Positions 1-10,316 are shown, counted from the first letter of the stretch. The stretch: DNA of 64,000 nt from an uncultured Gammaproteobacteria bacterium (GCA_964503955.1 CAZDCG010000001.1:109804-173803); one strand, 5' to 3'. Made by a program: numbers and translations. Notes: generated from the letters alone by a model not told the origin.

Positions 1-322
1 TCCCTTCACCGGTTCTCATTTCAGCGATTTCACCGCGATGCAAGGTGATTCCGCCAATCAGCTGCACGTCATAATGACGCTGGCCAAGCGTTCGCTTGGA
101 TGCTTCGCGCACGGCGGCAAAAGCTTCCGGCAACAAGTCATCAAGTGTTTCTCCTTTGGCCAGACGCTCTTTAAATTCCTGCGTCTTTCCTTTCAATTGT
201 TCGGCGGAAAGTTTTTCAAATTCTGGTTCAAGCGCATTGATTTTATCTACCAGCGGCTGCAGCTTTTTAATGTACTTCTTATTTGCGTCACCGATCAGCA
301 GCTTTTCAAGAAATTTTTTCAT
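1..322 (-). CDS. secA: Preprotein translocase SecA, N-terminal part (runs off the window)
   Basis: Manual translation from ATG at 322: [12 protein letters not shown]...[44 protein letters not shown], the SecA motif I region. Not in the ORF track. Confidence 0.96.
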   Translation of the reverse strand, partial: MKKFLEKLLIGDANKKYIKKLQPLVDKINALEPEFEKLSAEQLKGKTQEFKERLAKGETLDDLLPEAFAAVREASKRTLGQRHYDVQLIGGITLHRGEIAEMRTGEG

Positions 323-404
323 AGATTCAACAAAATTGCCTTCTTTCAAGTATTTATGGGCTGATTTACCTTAGCAGAAAGCATGCAATGTGTCATGCGA
401 ACAC

Positions 405-433
405 TTGACAAAATACCTCAAGCTTATTATAAA
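405..433 (+). promoter_or_regulatory. sigma70-type promoter of orphan gene 478-768
   Basis: TTGACA-17 nt-TATAAA. Confidence 0.7.
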
Positions 434-477
434 AAAGTCCGTTCTTCTCCCTCTCTTTCTCCAAAAGGTTCTTTGTC

Positions 478-768
478 ATGAAAACCCCGCAGCTGCCTCG
501 TTCAGGATTTGACGGCAGGAACACAACCCTGAAGCCGGGCGACCTCATCCACTATCACGAAGGCATGCCTTACTTGGAGATCATCCGCGACGGGATCAAC
601 CTGCTGAACGCGCATGGTACCCCCGAATTCAGTCTTCCTCTGATCCCCACGCAAGACGAGATGTCCGATTTCGTCCGCCTGCTCTGCGAGATCACCAGCA
701 CAACCTTCGAGCAGCTTCCGTCTGAGCTGATTGGCAGCCGCGAACGGCACCGCTTCCAGATCAGATGA
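478..768 (+). CDS. Hypothetical protein (96 aa)
   Basis: ORF with its own promoter and a downstream hairpin; no recognisable motif. Confidence 0.65.
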   Translation: MKTPQLPRSGFDGRNTTLKPGDLIHYHEGMPYLEIIRDGINLLNAHGTPEFSLPLIPTQDEMSDFVRLLCEITSTTFEQLPSELIGSRERHRFQIR

Positions 769-772
769 GCAC

Positions 773-819
773 AACCCCGCCTCTACTGGCATCTTCGACG
801 GATGTCACGAGGCGGGGTT
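773..819 (+). terminator. GC-rich hairpin after orphan gene
   Basis: AACCCCGCCTC...GAGGCGGGGTT inverted repeat with an inner stem; weak U-tract. Confidence 0.5.
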
Positions 820-886
820 CGCTAATTTCTTCCCGCTTGAAATGGCATTATTTTCCCGTATTTCTAAGAAAACTTGACAAAGACTC

Positions 887-915
887 TTGACAATATTTTG
901 AAAAAATCCTATTGT
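887..915 (+). promoter_or_regulatory. sigma70-type promoter of gene 954-1781
   Basis: TTGACA-17 nt-TATTGT; a second TTGACA at 874. Confidence 0.6.
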
Positions 916-953
916 TTAGCGCGCACTAAACCCGATGAGAAGGGAATATCTGA

Positions 954-1781
954 GTGGATCATAAGACGTATCTGTCGCAGCTGCGTCGTCTTCCTATCAC
1001 CAATCCGGCCAGCGAGGACCTGACTCTTGTCTGTCCTCATCTCCCTCCTGATCAGGCCGTCGAGTCGTTCAACGAGCGAGGATTGATCGCATGCCCTCCC
1101 GTAAGGGTTTCCAATGTCGTTCAGGTGGTCGCCCTGCGGCCAGCTGAAGAGATGTTCCGGGACGAGTACAAGGACAACCAGAGAATCCGGGTCAGCGAAG
1201 GCATCATCCCTCCGAGGCTCGAGATCGCCTTCGTGTCCACCATGAACCTGCTGCTCCCCCACGCGGAGGAGGCCAGCCGATACGCGAAATCATGCTGGCC
1301 GGACCAGCTCGTACCGTCCGGCCCGAGGGGATCAACAATCCGCATCCGGATCGATGACCCAGCTGAGATGAACGAGTGGGGTCTGCCAAAGACGGTAAGA
1401 ACCGTCTTTCTCGCGCTGAACAGAAGCGTTGAGGAACTTACACAGCTAAAGACCCAGCCGCTTAGCGGGCTGGTGAACAGCGCGATCAATGGCATGACCG
1501 TCTGCGAGATCATTGGCAGTGAGTATGCCAAGGATCGCAAGACGCTTTTTGCCAGCAACTGCGCTCGCTGTGGTTCGGGGCTGCACGCGGATAGCTGCCT
1601 CGGCTGCAAGCGAACGTTTGCGCGCTGCCCCGGCAAGCCGGACTGGAACATGCCTCTGCCCCAGAAGGTTTGCGATCTGCTGGCAAGACTGGGCCATGTG
1701 TTCGAGGTGAACCCGCAGATCGCGCATGCAAAGGAGATCGAGAACTTCGAGCAATCCAGGCTCGTCCATATCCGGCTCTAA
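954..1781 (+). CDS. Hypothetical protein with a C-terminal zinc-ribbon-like motif
   Basis: 275-aa ORF, GTG start after GAGAAGGGA; CARC-x8-CLGC motif. Confidence 0.75.
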   Translation: MDHKTYLSQLRRLPITNPASEDLTLVCPHLPPDQAVESFNERGLIACPPVRVSNVVQVVALRPAEEMFRDEYKDNQRIRVSEGIIPPRLEIAFVSTMNLLLPHAEEASRYAKSCWPDQLVPSGPRGSTIRIRIDDPAEMNEWGLPKTVRTVFLALNRSVEELTQLKTQPLSGLVNSAINGMTVCEIIGSEYAKDRKTLFASNCARCGSGLHADSCLGCKRTFARCPGKPDWNMPLPQKVCDLLARLGHVFEVNPQIAHAKEIENFEQSRLVHIRL

Positions 1782-1786
1782 TGCCA

Positions 1787-1823
1787 GAGGGGCCGCCGTC
1801 CATTCCCGGACAGGCGGCCCCTC
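1787..1823. terminator. Hairpin between convergent genes
   Basis: GAGGGGCCGCC...GGCGGCCCCTC. Confidence 0.6.
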
Positions 1824-1844
1824 ATTCGTTTCATCTGGATTTGA

Positions 1845-2849
1845 TTAAACCATTTCAACCTCTTCTTCAAGCTCTACACCGTACACGTCTTTTACTTTTT
1901 GTTTGATCATTTCCGCGTATTCTTTTACCGCCGCGGCATTTCCTGTTCCGGTATTCACCAGAAAATTGGCGTGCTTTTCAGAAACCATAATGCCTTTATG
2001 CGGATCACGCTGCTTAAAGCCGAGTTGTTCGATAATCCAACCGGCAGGCACTTTGCCGTTTTGAATAAACTCAGGGTGATGCCTTTCAATATCCGCAAAA
2101 AACTGCTCGGTCGGCTCGCCCGTGCTTGCGGCTGCCAAAGCCTTTTCGCCGGGAACAAGCTCGATATTCTTGAATAAACAACCCGCGCAAAGCTCGCCCA
2201 TGGGCTGGTCTGTTGTTTTCTTTTTGAGCATATCTTTCATCCGCTGGGTAGCTTCATTGGCCAGTGCAGGTGTTAATGTGAACACCGCGTCTAAAACAAT
2301 TTCTTTGCCGCCGTGTTTTTTTACGCGGCTTGAACGATAGGAAAATTCCAATGCTTCATTGGACAACGTTTTCATTTCTTTGCCGTCAAAAATACGCGCT
2401 GAAACAAGGGTATCTTTGATCTCACCACCAAAAGCACCGGCATTTCCCCGAACCGCGCCCCCCACGCTGCCAGGAACAGCAATACACCATTCAAGGCCGG
2501 TCAACCCCGCCTTGGCCGTTTCTCCGGCAAGCTTGGCCAGCGGCAAACCGGCTTCAACCCTGACGGTTGTTCCTTCAATGTGAATACCTCGGTTTTTAGG
2601 ATGCAGCACAATGCCCCGGAAACCGTCATCCGGCAAAAGCACATTTGCCCCTCCGCCGAGAATAAAATACGGGAGTTTGTTTTCAACGATAAATCGAAAA
2701 GCCTCGACAAGGGCATTGGTTGTATTCGGCATTAAAAAGATATCAGCCGTTCCACCGATCTTAAACGTGGAATGCTTAGAAAGCGGTTCGTCGAATTTGA
2801 CCTGGCCGGGGAATTTCTCTTCAAGTTGTTGTTTGATCTGAGGTGTCAT
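1845..2849 (-). CDS. murB: UDP-N-acetylenolpyruvoylglucosamine reductase
   Basis: HSTFKIGG, GGGANVL, PGSVGGAVRGNAGAFG, SEKHANFLVN motifs; start taken at MTPQIK. Confidence 0.95.
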   Translation of the reverse strand: MTPQIKQQLEEKFPGQVKFDEPLSKHSTFKIGGTADIFLMPNTTNALVEAFRFIVENKLPYFILGGGANVLLPDDGFRGIVLHPKNRGIHIEGTTVRVEAGLPLAKLAGETAKAGLTGLEWCIAVPGSVGGAVRGNAGAFGGEIKDTLVSARIFDGKEMKTLSNEALEFSYRSSRVKKHGGKEIVLDAVFTLTPALANEATQRMKDMLKKKTTDQPMGELCAGCLFKNIELVPGEKALAAASTGEPTEQFFADIERHHPEFIQNGKVPAGWIIEQLGFKQRDPHKGIMVSEKHANFLVNTGTGNAAAVKEYAEMIKQKVKDVYGVELEEEVEMV

Positions 2850-2855
2850 AATTGT

Positions 2856-2900
2856 TGTCGGGCGCAGGGCTCTGTCCCCGCCCGGTCGCGCCCTACGACC
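2856..2900 (+). repeat. REP-like palindrome, copy 1 of 3
   Basis: TGTCGGGCGCAGGGCTCTGTCCCCGCCCG matches 15815 and 57811(-). Confidence 0.8.
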
Positions 2901-2907
2901 GTTCATT

Positions 2908-2932
2908 GTCTGGCCAATCTAGCTAGTCTAGC
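2908..2932. repeat. Short-period element, family E (CTAG), solo arm
   Basis: GTCTGGCCAATCTAGCTAGTCTAGC resembles GCCTGGCTAATCTAGCCAGTCTAGC at 48751. Confidence 0.7.
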
Positions 2933-2939
2933 AAATCTG

Positions 2940-4325
2940 TCAGGCCAGCTCCTCCGCCAATCGGTAAATGTCGCCAGCTCCCATAAAGAGAAGCACGTCA
3001 TCTTTTCTAACGATTTGGCTGAGCTTGTCTTTCAATTCAGCAAGATTCCCGCCATACATGACCTTTCTTTGCTGTTCGCGGCGAAGGTCGCGTTCTTTGA
3101 TTGCGTCAACCAGCATATGCGCATTCATTTCCTTGTCGGAAAGGACTTCGCGCCCGGCAACATCATAGATATCAGGAATGATAACCAGATCCGCTTCATC
3201 AAAGGAAGCGACAAAATCATTGAAAAGAGCTTTTGTTCGATGACGGGTATGCGGCTGAAAAATGGCGATAAGGCGGCGATCTCCGTAAAAATCTCTCGCC
3301 GCTTCAAGCGTGGCATGCACCGCTGAGGGATGATGCGCGTAGTCGCTGATCACCGCAGCCATATTGTACAGCCCAAGAATCTGAAAGCGGCGCCAGGTGC
3401 CTTTAAAGTGTGCAAACCCCATGGCGATTTGCTCAGGCGATACGCCAAGATGCAGGGCAACGGAGGTAGCGGCAAGCGCATTATAGACATTAAAGCGGCC
3501 GGGAAATGGAAAATGCCATTCGCCTAATTCCTGTCCATGCGCGGAAATATCGACCACCTGCTTGCCTTTGATGGCGCGCCGGTTTCTTCCCAAGACATCC
3601 GCCGTCGTGCGCATGCCAAATGTCTTGACCTGGCAATTTGGCAACGTGAGTTTTTTTACCCCCTCGTCATCATGGTTGTAGACAAGAAGCCCGTCATTTG
3701 GCAGCTTATCAACGAGTTTTTGAAATGCACTATAGTAAGCTTCTTCCGTGCCGAAATAATCAAGGTGATCCGGCTGCATATTGGTAATCACCACGATTTG
3801 CGGATTGAATTCCAAAAAATGTTCTTTAAACTCATCCCCTTCAATGACCAAATACTCCGAAGCCCCTCCGCGGAAATTGCATCGCCATTCATTAACGATG
3901 CTTCCAACCATGACGGTTGGATCACAACCCGCATTGGCCAATACATGCCCAAGCATTGCCGTTGTAGTTGTTTTCCCTTTGTTTCCGGCAATGACAATGG
4001 TCTTGTACTTCTTTGAAAGTTCCCCCACCGCTTGAAAATTTGTCATGGTCGCAATATCAAGCTCCTTAGCCCTGACTAGCTCGGGGTTATCCTGCGGGAT
4101 GGCGTCATTGTAGATGACAAGTTCAATATCTTCTGAAACAGTTGATGCCTCATGTCCCGCAAAGACCGAAGCCCCTTTTTCAGCCAGTTGATCTGTCACA
4201 ATATTGGAATGCAAGTCTGAACCGGAGACCACAGCTCCGCGCGCAAGAAAAAAATGTGCGACGTAGGAAATCCCAATGCCGCCAATTCCGACAAAATGCA
4301 CGCGTTTTTTCTCTTCAATGCGCAT
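2940..4325 (-). CDS. murC: UDP-N-acetylmuramate--L-alanine ligase
   Basis: HFVGIGGIGIS, GNKGKTTTT, EGDE, DHLDY, DYAHHP motifs. Confidence 0.96.
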   Translation of the reverse strand: MRIEEKKRVHFVGIGGIGISYVAHFFLARGAVVSGSDLHSNIVTDQLAEKGASVFAGHEASTVSEDIELVIYNDAIPQDNPELVRAKELDIATMTNFQAVGELSKKYKTIVIAGNKGKTTTTAMLGHVLANAGCDPTVMVGSIVNEWRCNFRGGASEYLVIEGDEFKEHFLEFNPQIVVITNMQPDHLDYFGTEEAYYSAFQKLVDKLPNDGLLVYNHDDEGVKKLTLPNCQVKTFGMRTTADVLGRNRRAIKGKQVVDISAHGQELGEWHFPFPGRFNVYNALAATSVALHLGVSPEQIAMGFAHFKGTWRRFQILGLYNMAAVISDYAHHPSAVHATLEAARDFYGDRRLIAIFQPHTRHRTKALFNDFVASFDEADLVIIPDIYDVAGREVLSDKEMNAHMLVDAIKERDLRREQQRKVMYGGNLAELKDKLSQIVRKDDVLLFMGAGDIYRLAEELA

Positions 4326-4327
4326 AA

Positions 4328-5401
4328 TCAAGAAGCCTCACCATACAGCATTTTATTGATTTCTTCAACCATATGGTCAAGCGCGCTTTCTCGATAAAAT
4401 TGCGCTATCGAAATAGAATACGCACGCTTGCGTTCTTCATCTTTCACCAGCTTGAGCAATTCAGCAGCAAAAAGTTGAGGGCTGAGCGTCCGCTGGTCAA
4501 GAATGAGGGCGCCATCCGCTTTCTTCAGCATGTCCGTATTATCTTCCTGATGGCTGCCGGGGATGGGTATAATCACGGCCGGTTTTTTTAGCGCCGCTAA
4601 TTCAAGCAGAGTTCCAATCCCCCCTCTGGTCACCACGATATCCGCGCGATGATACGCTTCTGCCATTTCTTCAGTCAAAAATTCCTTGGCGAGATACCGG
4701 CTTGCCACGACTCCACCAGCTTTGCCTATTCCCGTAACATGCAAAATATCCGCGCGGGCAACCAGCTCGTCAAGCGCACCCCAGACAAGTTCGTTGATGG
4801 CCTGCGCGCCCGTCCCGCCGCCAAAGATAAAAATAAGCGGACGCTTCCGAACGAATAAACCGAATGCATTGGTTTTGGGCGAAAAGATTTCTTCTCTCAC
4901 GGGCGCGCCGGTAAGAACCGTTTTCTCCGCCGGGTAATCCTCTAGCGAGGGTTCAAATGTTAAAAAAATTTTTTTGCTGAAAGGCGCCATCAGCTTATTG
5001 GCAAGCCCCGGACGGATATCAAGCTGATGGATAATAGAAGGAATGCCCATCAGTCGGCCCATCCAGACCAAAGGAACGGCCACAAATCCTCCGGCACCAA
5101 GAATGAGATCAGGCTTGACTTGGCGCAAAATCTTTCGAGCCTGCAAACAAGCCAGGAGCAGCCGAAAGGGCAAAAATAGATTTCGCAAACTGAAAAATCG
5201 ATCGAATTTTGCCATGGTCAAATCGCTGAACGGAATATGGCGGTTGGCAATCAGTTTGCGTTCGGGCCCCTCTTTTGTCCCCACCCAGGAAAAAGAAAGA
5301 TCCGGATCTTTTTTCAGCGCGTCATAAAGCGCGAGCAACGGAACAACGGGGCCCATCGTCCCGCCGCCGGCAAAAAGGATTGTTTTTCTTTTTTTGTCCA
5401 T
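4328..5401 (-). CDS. murG: Lipid II GlcNAc transferase
   Basis: GGGTMGPV, GAPVR, GGGTGA, HQEDN motifs; dcw context. Confidence 0.94.
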   Translation of the reverse strand: MDKKRKTILFAGGGTMGPVVPLLALYDALKKDPDLSFSWVGTKEGPERKLIANRHIPFSDLTMAKFDRFFSLRNLFLPFRLLLACLQARKILRQVKPDLILGAGGFVAVPLVWMGRLMGIPSIIHQLDIRPGLANKLMAPFSKKIFLTFEPSLEDYPAEKTVLTGAPVREEIFSPKTNAFGLFVRKRPLIFIFGGGTGAQAINELVWGALDELVARADILHVTGIGKAGGVVASRYLAKEFLTEEMAEAYHRADIVVTRGGIGTLLELAALKKPAVIIPIPGSHQEDNTDMLKKADGALILDQRTLSPQLFAAELLKLVKDEERKRAYSISIAQFYRESALDHMVEEINKMLYGEAS

Positions 5402-5407
5402 ATGCAC

Positions 5408-6574
5408 TTACGCGCGACGCAGCCCGCGCACCGCCCGGCGGACAACCTGCTTGCTGCCTTCAGTCGTTTGCCGCGAAATATTAATAACAATGCCCATGGC
5501 CGCGAAAAGGACGATTAAAGAAGAACTTCCATAACTGACGAATGGCAGCGGCAAACCGGTGATCGGCAGCAGCCCCACCATGGCCGAAATATTCACAAAG
5601 CTTTGAAAGCCGATCCAGCTCATAATCCCCGCCACCAAAAGTTTGGCAAAGACATCAGGAGCATGCCGAGCGATATGATAGCCGCGGAAAATCAATCCAA
5701 ACAAGACAAGCAAAAACATGGTGACAGCCAGAAAACCAAGTTCTTCAGCGATAATGGCAAAAATGGAGTCGCCGATCACTTCAGGAAGGTACAAATGCTT
5801 TTGACGGGAATAGCCAAACCCAAGCCCTAGCAAGCCGCCGGATCCGATGGCGAGCAGCGCCTGGTTGATGTGATAGCCGATTCCCTGCGGATCAAGTTCC
5901 GGATGCAAAAATACGGTAAACCGCGCCGCACGGTAAGGAGCGGCTTTGATCAGAATCCAAAGGAACGCCAAACCAAGCGCGCCCAATGCGGCAAGATGCT
6001 TCATATTCGCGCCGGCCACAAAATAAACCATCAGCGCGATCATCACGATAATCGACATGGTTCCCACATCCGGCTGCAGAAAAATCAAACCGATGACGAT
6101 TCCCAAAGAGATCAAAAAGGGCATTAATCCGTCGGAAAAATCTTTGATGACTTTTTTGTCGCGTTTCTCAAGCCAGGCGGCAAGATAAATAATGAACGCC
6201 AGTTTTGCGACTTCAGAGGGTTGAAAGGTAATCGGCCCAAGGCTCAGCCAGCTTTTTGCTCCGCCATAGGTCGCGCCAAGCCCGGGAATAAAGACGGCTA
6301 AGAGAAGGATAATGGCACCGACAAAGATCGGAAAAGCGAATTTCTTCCAGAGACGGTAATCAATCAAAGCCATGGCGATGCAAACAAAGATGCCGGGAAT
6401 AAATCCGTTAAAGAGCTGATGCTTTACATAGTAGAGACTGTCGCCGAAACGCTGAAATGCCACCGCCGTGGAAACGGATGAGAGCATGACAATGCCAAAA
6501 AGCGCGACAAAGGCAAATAGGCCAAGGAAAAGATAATCAGGCGCGCGATGATTTGATGCTTTGCGTAAACTCAC
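5408..6574 (-). CDS. ftsW: SEDS peptidoglycan polymerase FtsW
   Basis: FQPSEVAK, QPDVGT, LPFVSYGSSS; lies between murD and murG. Confidence 0.94.
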   Translation of the reverse strand: MSLRKASNHRAPDYLFLGLFAFVALFGIVMLSSVSTAVAFQRFGDSLYYVKHQLFNGFIPGIFVCIAMALIDYRLWKKFAFPIFVGAIILLLAVFIPGLGATYGGAKSWLSLGPITFQPSEVAKLAFIIYLAAWLEKRDKKVIKDFSDGLMPFLISLGIVIGLIFLQPDVGTMSIIVMIALMVYFVAGANMKHLAALGALGLAFLWILIKAAPYRAARFTVFLHPELDPQGIGYHINQALLAIGSGGLLGLGFGYSRQKHLYLPEVIGDSIFAIIAEELGFLAVTMFLLVLFGLIFRGYHIARHAPDVFAKLLVAGIMSWIGFQSFVNISAMVGLLPITGLPLPFVSYGSSSLIVLFAAMGIVINISRQTTEGSKQVVRRAVRGLRRA

Positions 6575-7977
6575 ATGCTTGATCTTAGCTGCTGTACGGC
6601 TTGGTTGAACTGATCTCCGCGGTCAAATTCATTCTTGAACAGCCCGAAGCTGGCGCAGCCGGGAGAAAGCAGGATTACCGTTCCCTCACCCGCCAGAAGA
6701 TAAGCCTGCTTGACGGCATCCTGCATATTGGCTGCCTGAACCTGTTCAATTGATTCTGAAACAACCTGCCTGAAGCGATCCGTTCCCTCGCCAGGGAGCC
6801 AGACAATTGCTTTGACGCGCTCTACCTCTTGAGCGGCCTGCTCAAAATCAAGTCCTTTATCCGATCCGCCGGCAATCAGCACGATCGGACGGCCCTGCAT
6901 GGCCTTTAATCCGGCAACCAGCGCCACGGGAGTAGTTGATGTGGTGTCATTGATGAAGGTGCGTCCTTTCAGCTCATCGATGAATTGCAGACGCCCTTCA
7001 AGAGAACGGAATGAACCGATTTGCTCCTGCAGCGGCTTGAGTTCGGATTCCACCTGCCGCACGGCAGCGACCGCGGCAAGGATATTGTCGTAATTATGCT
7101 CGCCGCGAAGCGGAACCTGATTCACGTCAACAAGCTCGGTTTCTTTACCGTTCAGCCGCTCTATGACTTTGGACCCGCGCAGGAAATAACCTTCGAGCTC
7201 CTGCGAACGGTCATACCACCGGACCTTCGCTTGCGTTCTCTCGCCGATCTCTTTTGTAAAATCATTCGTATGGTTGATGATGGCCACCTGTTCAGGCGTT
7301 TGGTGCTTGGTGATCACTTCTTTTACCGCCGCGTAAGCATTCATATCGCCGTTATAACGATTGAGATGATCAGGGTAGACATTGAGCAAGACCGCTATAT
7401 CCGGACTTTGCTGCTTGCGGTCAAGATATTCGAGCATGAAGTTGGACAATTCAAGCACCACATAGTCATCTTCCTTTACACCGTCAAGAAATTCCAGCGG
7501 TGATTGCTTGGCGATATTGCCCCCAAGCCAGACTTTTTTCGGATAGGCTTTCAGCAAATGGGCGATCAAAGCCGTAGTCGTGCTCTTCCCCCTTGTTCCC
7601 GTAATCCCGATGATTTTGGACGGACATTGCGAGAAAAAAAGATTCATTTCCGTTTCAACGGGAATATCATGCTCAATAGCGAGCTGTACAAAACGAGATG
7701 TTACCGGCACGCCTGGGTTTGGCACGACCAGATCAGCTTTGAGAATATCCGCTTCATCATGGCCGCCAAGCTTCCATTCGATCGTGCCTTCATAGTTGAT
7801 TTTTCGCGCGTACACCTTCACGCGCTCCACCTGCCGAGCAAGCTCCTCCTCCCTCTTTAAATCTGTAATCACCACATGCGCGCCTTGGCGTAAAAAAAAG
7901 CATGCCGCGGCATAACCGCTGCCGTGCTCGTACTGGCCAAGCCCCAGGATCAAGATGGTTTTTCCTTTATAGTTCAT
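6571..7977 (-). CDS. murD: UDP-MurNAc-L-Ala--D-glutamate ligase
   Basis: GITGTRGKSTTT, GGNI, ELSNF, DHLNRY, LLSPGCASFG motifs. Confidence 0.95.
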   Translation of the reverse strand: MNYKGKTILILGLGQYEHGSGYAAACFFLRQGAHVVITDLKREEELARQVERVKVYARKINYEGTIEWKLGGHDEADILKADLVVPNPGVPVTSRFVQLAIEHDIPVETEMNLFFSQCPSKIIGITGTRGKSTTTALIAHLLKAYPKKVWLGGNIAKQSPLEFLDGVKEDDYVVLELSNFMLEYLDRKQQSPDIAVLLNVYPDHLNRYNGDMNAYAAVKEVITKHQTPEQVAIINHTNDFTKEIGERTQAKVRWYDRSQELEGYFLRGSKVIERLNGKETELVDVNQVPLRGEHNYDNILAAVAAVRQVESELKPLQEQIGSFRSLEGRLQFIDELKGRTFINDTTSTTPVALVAGLKAMQGRPIVLIAGGSDKGLDFEQAAQEVERVKAIVWLPGEGTDRFRQVVSESIEQVQAANMQDAVKQAYLLAGEGTVILLSPGCASFGLFKNEFDRGDQFNQAVQQLRSSM

Positions 7978-8022
7978 ACTCCCATCATTTTAGCAGATTC
8001 ATCAACCATTGCACGGTTTAAA

Positions 8023-8120
8023 AGACACACAGACTCTTCAGATTTTACAGACACACAGACAAGGACATCTCCTCCATAATTGGTTTTTGTCTGTAAGTCT
8101 TAGAAGTCTGTGGATCTGTG
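8023..8120. repeat. Short-period palindromic element, family A (CAGAC/GTCTG)
   Basis: ACAGAC units at 8-10 nt spacing followed by the inverted GTCTGT array; the right arm supplies the last codons and stop of pgeF. Confidence 0.8.
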
Positions 8121-8831
8121 ATTCTTTATCCCTATAAAATTCCTAATCTCCACCCTCAACTCTTCCGGATCCCGGCGGTATGATGCCCAGGCAGGATCCT
8201 CAAATGTGCAGATACCGCTTAGCTCAATCTGGTGTTCAGGCACCCCCATCTCTAGGCAAAGCAGCTTATTGGCCAGCGGCAGATCAAGCCCGTTCCCCGC
8301 TTTTGTGTCCGTTATGACGGAAGTCCCTGGAAATAAACGCTTAAATTGGCTAAGTCTGTCATCCTGGACATTAGAAATGTCGTAGCAATTCCCGCAAATA
8401 GACGGCCCCGTCGCCATGAAAATTTCGGATGGATCAATATGGTATTCATGCTGAAAGGCTTTGACGGCCTCCTGAACAATTTTTTGGCTCGTCCCTTTCC
8501 AGCCGGCATGAACGACCGCGCAAGCCCTCTTTTGTGGAGCATAAAAAAAGACCGGTACACAGTCGGCTGTTCTGACGGCCAAAAGACAGCCGGGGACGTT
8601 TGTAATCAACGCGTCCGCGTCTTGCTCATCTGTTGGTTTTTGTCCGGATGAAATCGATATAACCGCTTTTCCATGCACCTGCCGCGCGGCGTAGATCGAT
8701 GTATTTGAAACACCTGTCTCTGCCGCCAGACAATCCCGCCAGTCCTGTGTGCAAGCTTGTTTCCACCTCTTGGAGGTACTGCCATGAATCAGCTCGGGGA
8801 ATTGAGAGAGTAGTTTTGAGGTCCAGACCAT
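8100..8831 (-). CDS. pgeF: PgeF/YfiH laccase-domain protein
   Basis: QVHG, ADALIT, TADCVP, HAGWKG, GPSICGNCY, ICT..SYRR motifs. Confidence 0.92.
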   Translation of the reverse strand: MVWTSKLLSQFPELIHGSTSKRWKQACTQDWRDCLAAETGVSNTSIYAARQVHGKAVISISSGQKPTDEQDADALITNVPGCLLAVRTADCVPVFFYAPQKRACAVVHAGWKGTSQKIVQEAVKAFQHEYHIDPSEIFMATGPSICGNCYDISNVQDDRLSQFKRLFPGTSVITDTKAGNGLDLPLANKLLCLEMGVPEHQIELSGICTFEDPAWASYRRDPEELRVEIRNFIGIKNHRSTDF

Positions 8832-8837
8832 ATGGGG

Positions 8838-8880
8838 TAAACGTACCAAATGTTTCCAAACGAGCCAAACGTTTCCAGAG
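8838..8880 (-). repeat. Short-period element, family C (CCAAAC/GTTTGG), abutting the pgeF start
   Basis: Reads ...TTGGTACGTTTACCCCAT-ATG on the minus strand, as before rplK and the YidC-like gene. Confidence 0.8.
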
Positions 8881-8928
8881 CCGTCTAAATCAAGAACAAG
8901 TTCCACAAAAATCCACCCGTTAACAATA

Positions 8929-10143
8929 TCATCGAAATTGATGCGGTTCCTTAAATCCCCCGATTTTGGTTTTCAAGCGTGTTTTTAGTACAACGGCTCT
9001 TCTAACCGTTTGTTCTCCATAACGGTCATTGAGGATATCTTGCGCACGCACAAGACGGTCGCGCCGGCGCTCCTCTTCAAGAATCGGAAGCTGCTTTCCA
9101 CCTTTCTTCAACAAAGTTGTTCCAACTCCAACCAGGCGCACAGCTCGATTGATTGTCCATCGTTCTAGCATGGCCTGCGCGATGCAATAAACATCGTAGC
9201 CGTCGTCAATAAACCGCTTTAGTGTTTTTCCCTCATGCGAACCGGAAAAATCATCCCAGCGCAAATAGACCCACACATGGCGTGCCTGGTAGCCATCGCG
9301 GCGGAGACGGCGGCCGACTTTCTCAGCCAGACGCAGCAAGATACGATAAACTTCGTCGCGGTCGTAGGTGTCTTTTTCAAGCGTATAGGTATGCCCGATG
9401 GATTTTGCCTCTTCGCTTTCATTCACGTAAGGAATTTCGCTATGGTCGATTCCCCTGCCCATTTCCGAAAGCATAAGCCCGTTATTTGGACCAAAGACTC
9501 TTTGCAATTCCTGCACAGGATAATCGCCAAGCTGGCGCAAGGTACGGATTCCCATATCAAATAAACGCACCTGCAAACGACGGCCAATACCGGGAATATC
9601 GGTCAATTCCACCCAGTCAAGCACTTCTCGGACCTGGGCGGGGGGAATCATAGTGAGCCCGTCCGGCTTTTGCATGCTTGAAGCTAGCTTGGCCAGCATG
9701 CGGTTTGGCGCGATCCCAACAGAACAAGTGAGGTAATCTCCGACTTCGCGGTGCAGATCCGATTTGAGTTTTCTTGCCACAAGACAAGCTTGCGCGTAGG
9801 TTTTCACCCAACCGGTCAGATCCATAAACAACTCATCGATGCTGTACACTTCGATCCGGTCGGTAAAGCGTTTCCCAATATCGATGAATTTTTGCGTAAG
9901 CTCCTGATACTTAACCGGATCTCCGTCAATGAACATGAGGTGCGGGCAGAGCCTGAGCGCCTCAGAGGTAGGCATGGCTGTTTTTACGCCGAATGCTTTC
10001 GCCTCCTTTGAAGCGGCTACAATAACACTTCGTGATCCAGGCGATCCGCCAATTGCGATGGCTTTTCCGCGCAAAAAAGGATTGCACTGCTGCTCAGCAG
10101 TTGCAAAGTAAGAATTGAAGTCGATGTGGAGAATGATGCTCAT
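8929..10143 (-). CDS. dinB: DNA polymerase IV (Y family)
   Basis: HIDFNSYFA, SIDE, AKLAS, KPDG, PGIG motifs; clamp-binding-like QLPIL. Confidence 0.95.
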   Translation of the reverse strand: MSIILHIDFNSYFATAEQQCNPFLRGKAIAIGGSPGSRSVIVAASKEAKAFGVKTAMPTSEALRLCPHLMFIDGDPVKYQELTQKFIDIGKRFTDRIEVYSIDELFMDLTGWVKTYAQACLVARKLKSDLHREVGDYLTCSVGIAPNRMLAKLASSMQKPDGLTMIPPAQVREVLDWVELTDIPGIGRRLQVRLFDMGIRTLRQLGDYPVQELQRVFGPNNGLMLSEMGRGIDHSEIPYVNESEEAKSIGHTYTLEKDTYDRDEVYRILLRLAEKVGRRLRRDGYQARHVWVYLRWDDFSGSHEGKTLKRFIDDGYDVYCIAQAMLERWTINRAVRLVGVGTTLLKKGGKQLPILEEERRRDRLVRAQDILNDRYGEQTVRRAVVLKTRLKTKIGGFKEPHQFR

Positions 10144-10146
10144 TCA

Positions 10147-10227
10147 CTACGAATTACAAATGGCTACAAATCTACAAATGAACAGCTACTCAATTTACAG
10201 ATTTGTAATGATTCGTCATTTGTAGTG
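10147..10227. repeat. Short-period palindromic element, family D (TACAAAT/ATTTGTA)
   Basis: CTACGAATTACAAATGGCTACAAATCTACAAAT...ATTTGTAATGATTCGTCATTTGTAG directly upstream of dinB. Confidence 0.8.
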
Positions 10228-10316
10228 TTTTCAAGGATTGACCCAATGAATAAAAGATGCTATTTATAAGTGTCGGTTTATCGTTAGAACCTACAACAAA
10301 GAGAAGGGAACTAACC

